From: an uncultured Clostridium sp.
GTDB lineage: Bacteria; Bacillota; Clostridia; TANB77; CAG-508
Assembly: GCA_964531445.1 (NCBI GenBank)
Contig: CAZHCX010000001.1
Span: 1 to 37,503 of the forward strand
Reading direction: 5' to 3'
Length of the DNA: 37,503 bases
The notes under the pieces are model-generated. The model searched no databases. It saw nothing but the letters and a program-made list of their open reading frames with translations, and was not told the DNA's origin. Of this stretch, positions 30,016-37,503 are shown one piece after another (the first letter of the stretch is position 1; every line of letters starts with the position of its first letter). The translations under genes and the position numbers were made by a program.

Positions 30016-31131
30016 ATGAAAATGAAAGCAAAAATAACATCATTTATAATGACATTATTAACAATATTCACAATCGCTTTAATAGGAATAATAGGATTTT
30101 TAATATACAACGAAATAACAGGAAGCAGTTTAGTTAGTGAAGTAGAAGATTTTGTATCAAATATTACTGTTTCAACAGGTGGATTAGATGAAAGATTAGA
30201 AGAACCAGAAATATTACAAATACCAGTTGAAAATGAAAAAATAAAAAGTACAAACGTAGAAGCAACGTCAACAACAAGATATTTTTACAATCAATTGGAC
30301 GAAAATGCAAAAATAATATATAATGCATTAGAAACAAACAAAGAAAATATGAAAACAGGAACTTTTGAAATAAATTTCGGAACAAAATTTTCATCAGTAT
30401 TATCAAAAACAAATGGAGACCAAATATTAGGTGAATATTATCAAAATGCAATTGATGTATTTACAAATGATAATCCAGAAATATTTTATATGGATTTTAC
30501 AAAATTATACTTAAATATAGAAACAACAACTAGAGGAAATAACAAAACATATAAAGTTATGTTGAATCAAGGAAACAATACAAATTACCTAAATAGTGAA
30601 TTTCCAAGCCAAGAAAGAGTTAAAGTGGCATTAAATGAAGTTCAAAATGTAAGAGAATATTTTATACAAAATAAAAAAGCGACAACTTATGAAAATATAA
30701 AGATGGTTCATGATTATTTAGTAGATAGTATTGAATATGACGAAACTTTAGCGCAAGAAAATATATACAATTTATATGGAGCATTAATAAATAAAAAGTG
30801 TGTATGTGAAGGATATGCAGAAGCATTCAAATTTATAATGGATGGACTTGATATTCCATGTGTTATAGTATCAGGTCAAGGAACAAACTCTGAAGGACAG
30901 ACAGAAAATCATGCATGGAACTACGTTCAAATAAATAATGAATGGTATGCAGTAGATGTAACATGGGATGATCCGATAATAATTGGCGGAGGCTTTTTAA
31001 ATAAAGAGGCTAAATATAAATATTTTCTAAAAGGAGAAAGTGATTTTAATAAAACACACAGCCCAAGTGGACAATTCACAGAAAACGGGAAAATATTTAA
31101 ATATCCAGTGTTAAGTCAAAATGATTATTAA
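30016..31131 (+). CDS. Membrane-anchored transglutaminase-like cysteine peptidase domain protein
   Basis: N-terminal TM helix. The core is CVCEGYAEAFKFIM ... HAWNYVQINNEWYAVDVTWDD (Cys-His-Asp transglutaminase-like core). Confidence 0.8.
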   Translation: MKMKAKITSFIMTLLTIFTIALIGIIGFLIYNEITGSSLVSEVEDFVSNITVSTGGLDERLEEPEILQIPVENEKIKSTNVEATSTTRYFYNQLDENAKIIYNALETNKENMKTGTFEINFGTKFSSVLSKTNGDQILGEYYQNAIDVFTNDNPEIFYMDFTKLYLNIETTTRGNNKTYKVMLNQGNNTNYLNSEFPSQERVKVALNEVQNVREYFIQNKKATTYENIKMVHDYLVDSIEYDETLAQENIYNLYGALINKKCVCEGYAEAFKFIMDGLDIPCVIVSGQGTNSEGQTENHAWNYVQINNEWYAVDVTWDDPIIIGGGFLNKEAKYKYFLKGESDFNKTHSPSGQFTENGKIFKYPVLSQNDY

Positions 31132-31146
31132 AAAGGAAGTAAAGAA

Positions 31147-32004
31147 ATGTTATTAAAAGATATATTATCAAATAAAATAAAAGTATATGCATTTGTAGGA
31201 CCATCAGGAACAGGAAAAAGCTATAGAGCACAAATGGTAGCAAGTGAAAATGATATAAAATTTATAATAGATGATGGATTACTTATAATGGATAATAAAG
31301 TAATAGCTGGAGAATCAGCAAAAAAAGCATCAACAAAAATTGAAACCGTAAAACATGCATTGTTTTATACAGAAGAAGAAAGACAAGAAATAATAAAAGC
31401 ATTAAAAAAATATAAACCAGAAAGTATTCTTATATTAGGAACATCAGATGGAATGGTGCAAAAAATAGCAGCAAATTTAGGATTGCCAGAAATAACACAC
31501 ACAACATATATAAATGAAGTTGCAACACAAGAAGAGATGGAAACAGCAAGAAAAATAAGAGTAACAGAAGGTAAACACGTAATACCAGTACCTACATTTG
31601 AAATAAAAAAAGATTTTTCAGGATATTTATTAGATCCACTTCAAATATTTAAAACAAAAGGAAGAGGAAACAAGCCATATATATCAGAAAAATCAATAAT
31701 AAGACCGACATTTAGTTATATGGGTAATTTCACAATATCAGACACAGTATTTAGACAGATATTAGAATATCTTGTTTCAAAAACACCAGGGATATACAAA
31801 GTTCAAAAAATAAGAGTTGATAATTTTGGAGAAGGCGTAAGGTTACAAATGGATGTAACTGTTGTGTATGGATTTAACGTTATAGAAGGAATTAAAAATT
31901 TTAAAAGTAAAGCTAAAAAAGAAATAGAAAAATTAACTGCAATGAATGTAGAAGATTTTGAAGTTGTGGTTAAAAATATTTATGTACCAGAGGAGGATAA
32001 ATAA
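31147..32004 (+). CDS. Uncharacterised fusion protein: N-terminal P-loop NTPase plus C-terminal Asp23/Gls24-like domain
   Basis: Walker A FVGPSGTGKS at the N-terminus. The C-terminal ~100 aa (GNFTISDTVFRQILEYLVSKTPGIYKV...GVRLQMDVTVVYGFNVIEGIKNFKSKAKKEIEKLTAMNVEDFEVVVKNI) follow the Asp23-family pattern. Confidence 0.6.
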   Translation: MLLKDILSNKIKVYAFVGPSGTGKSYRAQMVASENDIKFIIDDGLLIMDNKVIAGESAKKASTKIETVKHALFYTEEERQEIIKALKKYKPESILILGTSDGMVQKIAANLGLPEITHTTYINEVATQEEMETARKIRVTEGKHVIPVPTFEIKKDFSGYLLDPLQIFKTKGRGNKPYISEKSIIRPTFSYMGNFTISDTVFRQILEYLVSKTPGIYKVQKIRVDNFGEGVRLQMDVTVVYGFNVIEGIKNFKSKAKKEIEKLTAMNVEDFEVVVKNIYVPEEDK

Positions 32005-32005
32005 A

Positions 32006-32602
32006 TTGAAAGAAGCATTAAAAAAAGTTGGAAGAGGAATTGTTAAAGGTGCAATTTGGATTTACTGCAAAGTTGTATATAGATTTGAAGTAATAGGAAA
32101 AGAAAACATACCTAAAGAAGGGGCAGTAATTATATGTGGAAACCACAGAACATTCTTAGACCCACCTTTAATTGAAGTAACAACTGGAAGATACACAAGA
32201 TTTCTTGCAAAAGAAGAATTAACAAAAAGCAAATTCTTAGCTTTTTTAGGAATTGTATTTGATGCAATTTTAGTAAAAAGAGATTCAAAAGAAGTTAAAG
32301 CTTTAAAAGAATCGTTACAAACATTAAAAAAAGGTGATTGTCTTGCTTTATTCCCAGAAGGTACAAGAAATGGATTAGCAAAAGGAGAAAAAGTAAAAGA
32401 TGGTGCAGCATTTTTTGCAGTTAGAAGCGGTGCACCTGTTATACCTTGTGGAATAAAGGGTGGGGAAAAGGGTAATAGAAAAGTTACTATTACTTATGGT
32501 AAACCATTGGACTTTAGTGAGTATAAAGGAAGCAAAGATAAAGATGTTTTAGATAAGGTAACAGATGAAATTATGAATAATGTAATTGAATTGACAAAAT
32601 AG
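32006..32602 (+). CDS. plsC: 1-acyl-sn-glycerol-3-phosphate acyltransferase
   Basis: NHRTFLD (H-x4-D) and FPEGTRN motifs. The TTG start at 32006 lies 8 nt after AGGAGGA and 1 nt after the upstream stop. The ATG at 31958 would overlap the upstream gene by 47 nt and lacks an RBS. Confidence 0.85.
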   Translation: MKEALKKVGRGIVKGAIWIYCKVVYRFEVIGKENIPKEGAVIICGNHRTFLDPPLIEVTTGRYTRFLAKEELTKSKFLAFLGIVFDAILVKRDSKEVKALKESLQTLKKGDCLALFPEGTRNGLAKGEKVKDGAAFFAVRSGAPVIPCGIKGGEKGNRKVTITYGKPLDFSEYKGSKDKDVLDKVTDEIMNNVIELTK

Positions 32603-32626
32603 TTCGACCAATGGTCGAATTTTTTT
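32603..32626 (+). terminator. Rho-independent terminator after plsC
   Basis: ttcgac-caatg-gtcgaa followed by ttttttt. Confidence 0.8.
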
Positions 32627-32636
32627 GCTATACCAA

Positions 32637-32665
32637 TTGACAAATGTTACAATTAGTAGTATAAT
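32637..32665 (+). promoter_or_regulatory. Consensus sigma-A promoter of typA
   Basis: TTGACA (32637-32642), a 17-nt spacer, then TATAAT (32660-32665). Confidence 0.7.
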
Positions 32666-32719
32666 TCAAAAGTTAGACAAAGGAGATTACATAAAATATT
32701 ATAAGAAGGGGTAATAAAA

Positions 32720-34534
32720 ATGAACAACCAAAAAATAAGAAACGTAGCCATAATCGCACACGTTGACCACGGAAAAACAACATTAGTAGATGCACTATTA
32801 AAACAAAGTCATATATTCAGAGAAAACGAACAAGTACAAGAGAGAGTAATGGACTCAAACGACCAAGAAAAAGAAAGAGGAATAACAATACTTTCTAAAA
32901 ACACATCAGTAATGCACGGAGACATTAAAATAAACATAGTTGATACACCAGGACATGCTGACTTCGGTGGAGAAGTAGAAAGAGTTTTAAAAACGGTTGA
33001 TGGTGTTGTACTTTTAGTTGATGCATTTGAAGGAGCTATGCCTCAAACAAGAGAAGTTCTTAAAAAATCATTAGCATTAGGATTAAAACCAATCGTTGTT
33101 ATCAACAAAATAGACAGACCTGGAGCACAACCAGACAAAGTTGTAGACCAAGTTATCGAATTATTCATTGAATTAGATGCAACAGATGAACAATTAGACT
33201 TCCCAGTTGTATATGCATCAGCAAAAAATGGAATTGCAAAAATGGATTTAGCAGATGAAACAACAGATTTATCTTGTTTATTTGAAACAATAATAAATAC
33301 AATAGAAGCACCAAAATGTGATTTAGATGGTTACCCACAAATGCAAGTATCTAACATAGATTATGATGACTATGTTGGAAGAATGGGTGTAGCAAGAGTT
33401 GAAAGAGGAACATTTAAAGTTGGAATGCCAGTAAGTATATGTGGTAAAGAAGACAAAGTTACTCAAGGAAGAATTGCAAAACTATATACACACGTTGGAC
33501 TTAAAAAAGTTGAAGTTGAAGAAGTTGGAGCAGGAGATATTATAGAATTTGCTGGACTACCAGACATCAACATTGGAGATACAGTATGTGATTTTGAACA
33601 TCCAGACAAAATGCCATTTGTTGACATTGATGAACCAACAGTTACAATGACATTTAGTGTAAATAATGGACCATTTGCAGGTAAAGAAGGACAATTCATC
33701 ACATCAAGACATATAAGAGATAGATTATACAAAGAACTTGAAAGAAACGTTTCATTAAGAGTAAAAGATGGAGAAACTCCAGACTCATTTGAAGTATCAG
33801 GAAGAGGAGAACTTCACTTATCAGTATTAATCGAAACAATGAGAAGAGAAGGATTTGAACTATTAGTTTCAAGACCAAAAGTTATCTTTAAAGAAATTGA
33901 TGGTGTTAAATGTGAACCAATCGAATTATTAGTATGTAATGTACCAGATGATTGCGTAGGAAACGTAATTGAAAAATTAGGTAGAAGAAAAGCTGAAATG
34001 ACAAATATGGAACCTGCAGAAGCTGGACATACAAAAATAGAATTCAGAATTCCTGCAAGAGGAATAATTGGATATAGAACAGAATTCCTTACAGACACAA
34101 AAGGTGAAGGAACAATGAACCACATATTTGATTCTTACGAACCATATAAAGGTGATATCCAATCACGTGTTAGAGGAACAATTATAGCATTTGAACCTGG
34201 TAAATCAGTAACATACGGATTATACAACGCACAAGACAAAGGTGATTTATTTATCGGTGCTGGTGTAGAAGTATACGAAGGAATGATTGTTGGATTAAAC
34301 TCTAGAGGAGAAGATTTAGCAATTAACGTATGTAAAGAAAAACACTTAACAAATACTAGAGCATCTGGATCAGATGAAGCATTAAGATTAGTTCCACCAA
34401 TTCAAATGTCACTTGAAAAAGCTATTGAATTTATTCAAGATGATGAATTAGTAGAAGTAACACCAAAATCAATCAGATTAAGAAAGAAAATATTAGACTC
34501 AAAAGAAAGAGAAAGAGCTAATAGAAGTAAATAA
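32720..34534 (+). CDS. typA: Translational GTPase TypA/BipA
   Basis: IRNVAIIAHVDHGKTTL, DTPGHADFGGEVER and NKIDR, with EF-G-like domains and a BipA-specific C-terminal region. Confidence 0.96.
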   Translation: MNNQKIRNVAIIAHVDHGKTTLVDALLKQSHIFRENEQVQERVMDSNDQEKERGITILSKNTSVMHGDIKINIVDTPGHADFGGEVERVLKTVDGVVLLVDAFEGAMPQTREVLKKSLALGLKPIVVINKIDRPGAQPDKVVDQVIELFIELDATDEQLDFPVVYASAKNGIAKMDLADETTDLSCLFETIINTIEAPKCDLDGYPQMQVSNIDYDDYVGRMGVARVERGTFKVGMPVSICGKEDKVTQGRIAKLYTHVGLKKVEVEEVGAGDIIEFAGLPDINIGDTVCDFEHPDKMPFVDIDEPTVTMTFSVNNGPFAGKEGQFITSRHIRDRLYKELERNVSLRVKDGETPDSFEVSGRGELHLSVLIETMRREGFELLVSRPKVIFKEIDGVKCEPIELLVCNVPDDCVGNVIEKLGRRKAEMTNMEPAEAGHTKIEFRIPARGIIGYRTEFLTDTKGEGTMNHIFDSYEPYKGDIQSRVRGTIIAFEPGKSVTYGLYNAQDKGDLFIGAGVEVYEGMIVGLNSRGEDLAINVCKEKHLTNTRASGSDEALRLVPPIQMSLEKAIEFIQDDELVEVTPKSIRLRKKILDSKERERANRSK

Positions 34535-34565
34535 TAAGCAGTTCGAAGAATTGCAAAAACAAGAA

Positions 34566-34594
34566 AGTCGGACTTATAATGGTCTGGCTTTTTA
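34566..34594 (+). terminator. typA terminator
   Basis: agtcggac (34566-34573) pairs with gtctggct (34582-34589), including two G-U pairs, followed by ttttt. Confidence 0.65.
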
Positions 34595-34709
34595 TATAAT
34601 AGGAAATTAAAAAGAATTTCCTATTATATAAAAGCTAACTGCACACAAAATTATTTCATAATTTTGGCGCACGAACAAATCAGAAAATCTACGATTTTTT
34701 GATTTGTTC
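34593..34709. repeat. Three further hairpins or palindromes packed ahead of the O-methyltransferase gene
   Basis: Perfect 16-bp arms tatataataggaaatt / aatttcctattatata (34593-34630). A 9-bp stem caaaattat / ataattttg (34646-34666). A 16-bp stem gaacaaatcagaaaat / attttttgatttgttc (34673-34709) with one G-U pair. Confidence 0.6.
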
Positions 34710-34727
34710 TATGAAAGGATAAGAAAT

Positions 34728-35321
34728 ATGAATAAAGAAGAATTAGAAAAAATAAAACGAAAAGCGTTGGAAGACCATATTCCAATAATTATGGACGACA
34801 CATTAGAAGTAATAGAAAAAGAATTAAAACAAAATCCACCAAAAAAAATACTTGAAATTGGTGCGGCAGTTGGATATTCAGCAATGTGCTTTTCAGAATT
34901 TTTAGTAGAAGGCGGAAGAATAGACACAATAGAAAGAGATGAAGAAAGAATAGCCGAAGCAAAAGAAAACTTCAAAAAAGTTGGAGTACAAGACAAAATT
35001 AAATTATATGAAGGTGATGCTGTAGAAATATTACCAACACTAGATGACAAATATGATATGGTTTTTATTGATGCGGCAAAAGGAAAATATCCATTTTTCT
35101 TAAAAGAATCATTAAGAATGATAAATGAAAAAGGAATAATATTTGCAGATAACATTTTATATAAAGGATATGTTATGAGTGATTATAACAAACACAAACA
35201 AAGAACAGCTGTTAGAAATTTAAGGGAGTACATAAAAGAGGTATCAGAAAATCCAAATTTAGAAACAGAAATTTTGGAAGTAGGAGATGGATTGGCAATA
35301 AGCAAAATAAAAGAGCAATAA
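34728..35321 (+). CDS. Class I SAM-dependent O-methyltransferase (YrrM/TrmR-like, catechol-OMT fold)
   Basis: ILEIGAAVGYS (SAM motif I), FIDAAKGKY and the ~200-aa size. The ATG at 34728 follows AAAGGA by 8 nt. Confidence 0.78.
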   Translation: MNKEELEKIKRKALEDHIPIIMDDTLEVIEKELKQNPPKKILEIGAAVGYSAMCFSEFLVEGGRIDTIERDEERIAEAKENFKKVGVQDKIKLYEGDAVEILPTLDDKYDMVFIDAAKGKYPFFLKESLRMINEKGIIFADNILYKGYVMSDYNKHKQRTAVRNLREYIKEVSENPNLETEILEVGDGLAISKIKEQ

Positions 35322-35330
35322 AATAAAAAG

Positions 35331-35369
35331 TAGAGAATTTGAAAACTATTTTTCAAATTCTCTATTTTT
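35331..35369. terminator. Bidirectional terminator shared by the O-methyltransferase and the convergent RSH gene
   Basis: tagagaatttgaaaa (35331-35345) pairs with ttttcaaattctcta (35350-35364), with T-runs after it on both strands. It overlaps the last codons of the RSH gene. Confidence 0.8.
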
Positions 35370-36512
35370 AGATTTTGAACATTCTCTTAATTTAGAACTT
35401 AAATCTTTAAAACTCATATTTAAAGCCTGCTCTAATTCATATTGCTCATTAGTGTATAAATCATATGTAATAGGGACTCTATCTTTATCAATGTGAGTAT
35501 GGTCAGTTTTTTCAGAATTGAAGAAATGGTAAAATCTATTTTCAAAAGGAACTTCAAACATCTCGTAATTTCCATCAGAATTTTTAAAAGCAGTAACTTC
35601 AAAATATTTAGGAATTCTATTTGGAGATTTATCATTCAATAATCTTGGCTTATATTTGTTATGAGCAATTTCACCTGAAGACTTAGACTCCATTTCTAAA
35701 GTACGAATTTGAGTCTCGTAAGTAAAATCCTTATTTTTAATATTTTCCATTAATATATGTATAGATTCATATCCATTATCTTTAGGGACAGAAATATAAT
35801 CCTTAGTTATATATTCTTTATCAGAATTAGATTTATTAGGTGCAACATCAGTTTTCATTCTAAAATTCGTGTTGATTCTAAAATCATATAAAGCTTTAGC
35901 AACATCATCACACATTCTTCTTAATTCTTGTTCATCTTGTTTGTATAACTCTTCAAGTTTTTCAGGATTGTTTGCATATTTTTCTTTTAATAAATCTCTT
36001 TCAGGGCTTTTTATAGAAGATAAAATAATTCTTTCAGCAATTATATCCTTAATATATGGAGTTTTACCGTTGGAAATATTTTTGCTCAATTTTTCCATAT
36101 AACTATCAAAAGATTTAATCCTTACTTTGATATTAAAAACTAAATTTGGAAATTTTTCTTGTAAAAACTGTCTCTCCAATAAAGAATATTTTTTAATTTC
36201 ATCAACATAAGAATTTATATATGTATGATATCTAGAAAGTAATTCAGCATAATCGTTTCTTTTATGCAATTCAGAATAATCTAATTCCTCTAATGGAAAT
36301 TGAAATAATAAATGTTTTTCTTTATCTGAATCTTTTAATTTTATATTTAAATAAGAACCATCTGGTGAAACAGTTACTTGAACATTTTCAGGTATAGGGA
36401 ATAAACCTAAGCTTGATAATATTGTATTTGTTTTATCTATATTTTGAGTAGGAACTTCTAACCTACTTGAAACATCATATTTTAATGATGATTTAAAATT
36501 GTTATTTTCCAT
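35346..36512 (-). CDS. RelA/SpoT-homologue synthetase-domain protein: small-alarmone-synthetase-like, with N- and C-terminal extensions (toxSAS-like candidate)
   Basis: The motifs occur in canonical order: VRIKSFDSYMEKL (R-x-K-x3-S), DIIAERIIL, GYESIHIL, ETQIRTLEME (E-x-Q-x-R-T) and AHNKYK (H-x2-YK). RBS AAAGGAG, with its own promoter and terminator. Confidence 0.75.
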   Translation of the reverse strand: MENNNFKSSLKYDVSSRLEVPTQNIDKTNTILSSLGLFPIPENVQVTVSPDGSYLNIKLKDSDKEKHLLFQFPLEELDYSELHKRNDYAELLSRYHTYINSYVDEIKKYSLLERQFLQEKFPNLVFNIKVRIKSFDSYMEKLSKNISNGKTPYIKDIIAERIILSSIKSPERDLLKEKYANNPEKLEELYKQDEQELRRMCDDVAKALYDFRINTNFRMKTDVAPNKSNSDKEYITKDYISVPKDNGYESIHILMENIKNKDFTYETQIRTLEMESKSSGEIAHNKYKPRLLNDKSPNRIPKYFEVTAFKNSDGNYEMFEVPFENRFYHFFNSEKTDHTHIDKDRVPITYDLYTNEQYELEQALNMSFKDLSSKLRECSKSKNREFEK

Positions 36513-36547
36513 AATTTTCTCCTTTGATTTTTATAATGCCAAATGTT

Positions 36548-36576
36548 ATTATAACAAAAATATATTGATAAATCAA
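36548..36576 (-). promoter_or_regulatory. Promoter of the RSH gene
   Basis: On the minus strand: TTGATT (36576-36571), a 17-nt spacer, then TATAAT (36553-36548). Confidence 0.6.
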
Positions 36577-36617
36577 GTAAAAATAGAAAAAATATTATGT
36601 AAAATAATGTCGAAAGA

Positions 36618-36646
36618 TTGACAATATGGTAGAATAAAGTTATAAT
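36618..36646 (+). promoter_or_regulatory. Consensus promoter of the U32 peptidase gene
   Basis: TTGACA (36618-36623), a 17-nt spacer, then TATAAT (36641-36646). Confidence 0.65.
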
Positions 36647-36701
36647 ATTTGGACAGAGCAAAATAGAAACATTAAAATGGATAGGAGGATAATATATTAA
36701 T

Positions 36702-37503
36702 ATGAAAAAAATAGAATTATTAGCACCAGCAGGATCATTTGAAAAAGCAAAAACAGCATTTAGATATGGTGCAGATGCAGTATATTGTGGAACATCATCA
36801 TTATCACTAAGAACAAGAGCAGATATGGACAATGATGATTTAATAAAAACAATAGAATATGCACATAGCATAGGAAAAAGAGTACACGTAACTTTAAATA
36901 TATTTGCATGGGACGATAAATACGAAGAACTAATAGAAATGGCAAAAATGTTAAATGAAGTAAAACCAGATGCAATAATAGCAGCAGATGGTGGAGTAAT
37001 AGACACACTTAGAGAATATGCACCAAATGTACCAATACATGTAAGTACTCAAGCAAATGTTATAAGCTCTAGAGATGCATGGTTCTGGAAAAAGAACGGA
37101 GCCGAAAGAATAATAATGGCAAGAGAAATAAACAAAGAACAACTAAAATATATAATGAAAAACAAACCAGAAGACCTAGAAGTAGAAATGTTTGGACACG
37201 GATCAATATGTTTTGCGTTTTCAGGAAGATGTTTCTTAAGTGACTTTATGTGTGGAAGAAGTGCAAACTTAGGAGATTGTGCACAAAGTTGTAGATGGTC
37301 ATACAATCTATATGCAGAAGAAAAAAATAATCCAGGACAATTAATGCCAATAGAAGAAAGTGAATACGGCACAGCAATATTTTCATCAAAAGACTTATGT
37401 TTAATAAAAGAAATACCAGAAATAATAGATATGGGAATAGATAGTTTAAAAATAGAAGGAAGATTAAAAACAGAATATTACCTAGCAAGCGTAATAAACG
37501 CAT
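36702..37503 (+). CDS. Peptidase U32 family protein (YrrN/YrrO/YegQ-TrhP-like). The 3' end lies outside the window.
   Basis: This ORF is absent from the supplied track because it runs off the window. Hand translation from the ATG at 36702 (RBS AGGAGG) gives MKKIELLAPAGSFEKAKTAFRYGADAVYCG...HVSTQANV...EVEMFGHGSICFAFSGRCFLS...GDCAQSCRW...LKIEGRLK, which are typical U32 motifs. Confidence 0.9.
   Translation, partial: MKKIELLAPAGSFEKAKTAFRYGADAVYCGTSSLSLRTRADMDNDDLIKTIEYAHSIGKRVHVTLNIFAWDDKYEELIEMAKMLNEVKPDAIIAADGGVIDTLREYAPNVPIHVSTQANVISSRDAWFWKKNGAERIIMAREINKEQLKYIMKNKPEDLEVEMFGHGSICFAFSGRCFLSDFMCGRSANLGDCAQSCRWSYNLYAEEKNNPGQLMPIEESEYGTAIFSSKDLCLIKEIPEIIDMGIDSLKIEGRLKTEYYLASVINA

Noticed and set aside
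31958-32005. The longer plsC start at ATG 31958, and similarly the longer track starts at 2792 (leuS), 5330 (mfd), 11145 (XRE), 11904 (rpiB), 23115 and 34704
   Set aside because: In each case an internal start codon has a properly spaced Shine-Dalgarno sequence, and the extension either lacks one or overlaps the upstream gene.
34709-35155. 148-aa minus-strand ORF
   Set aside because: It is antisense to the SAM-dependent O-methyltransferase and has no RBS.
35869-36102. 77-aa + strand ORF inside the RSH gene as a possible antitoxin
   Set aside because: It is entirely antisense within the RSH coding region. It has a GTG start with no RBS and an S/L-rich shadow-frame composition.
36482-37503. 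Several minus-strand ORFs (36482-37006, 36760-37008, 36951-37142, 37049-37372, 37246-37503)
   Set aside because: The + strand here encodes an unmistakable U32 peptidase starting at 36702, so the minus-strand ORFs are shadow frames.

Overview
Strongly AT-rich chromosomal segment from an endospore-forming Firmicute, probably Clostridia-like (a GerA-type germinant receptor operon and a BofC-like gene are present). No rRNA, tRNA, CRISPR array or intact IS element was seen. Most of the window is tightly packed housekeeping genes. In order: a partial coiled-coil ORF, leuS(-), topB, mfd, a SpoU/TrmH-family methyltransferase, trmL, a small island (truncated Rpn/YhgA-like ORF plus XRE regulator plus a ~230-bp inverted-repeat element), rpiB, a WecA/TagO-type transferase fused to rubredoxin, hslO, ppaC, an SH3b-NlpC/P60 hydrolase, a twice-frameshifted comEC, a BofC-like ORF, pgsA(-), clpE(-), a membrane-anchored ORF, htrA(-), a GerA-family A-B-C operon(-), a transglutaminase-like protein, a P-loop/Asp23 fusion ORF, plsC, typA, a YrrM/TrmR-like O-methyltransferase, an opposite-strand RelA/SpoT-homologue (RSH) gene, and the 5' part of a U32 peptidase gene. 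The best candidate for an undescribed system is the solitary 388-aa RSH (small-alarmone-synthetase-like) gene at 35346-36512. It has its own promoter and terminator, long extensions on both sides of the synthetase core, and no partner antitoxin ORF, and it sits between two genes that are neighbours in the tRNA U34 ho5U/mo5U pathway in B. subtilis. This layout is compatible with a fused toxSAS-type toxin-antitoxin or defence module. Other items worth follow-up are: a complete small transcription unit whose Cys-rich ORF is cut by an in-frame TAA inside a CxxC motif; the WecA-rubredoxin and P-loop-Asp23 fusions; comEC with two compensating frameshifts; a MITE-like or structured-RNA-like inverted repeat; CssR-type 11-bp-periodic octamer repeats upstream of htrA; and a palindrome shared by two back-to-back consensus promoters. 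All family assignments come from motif recognition by eye, with no database search.
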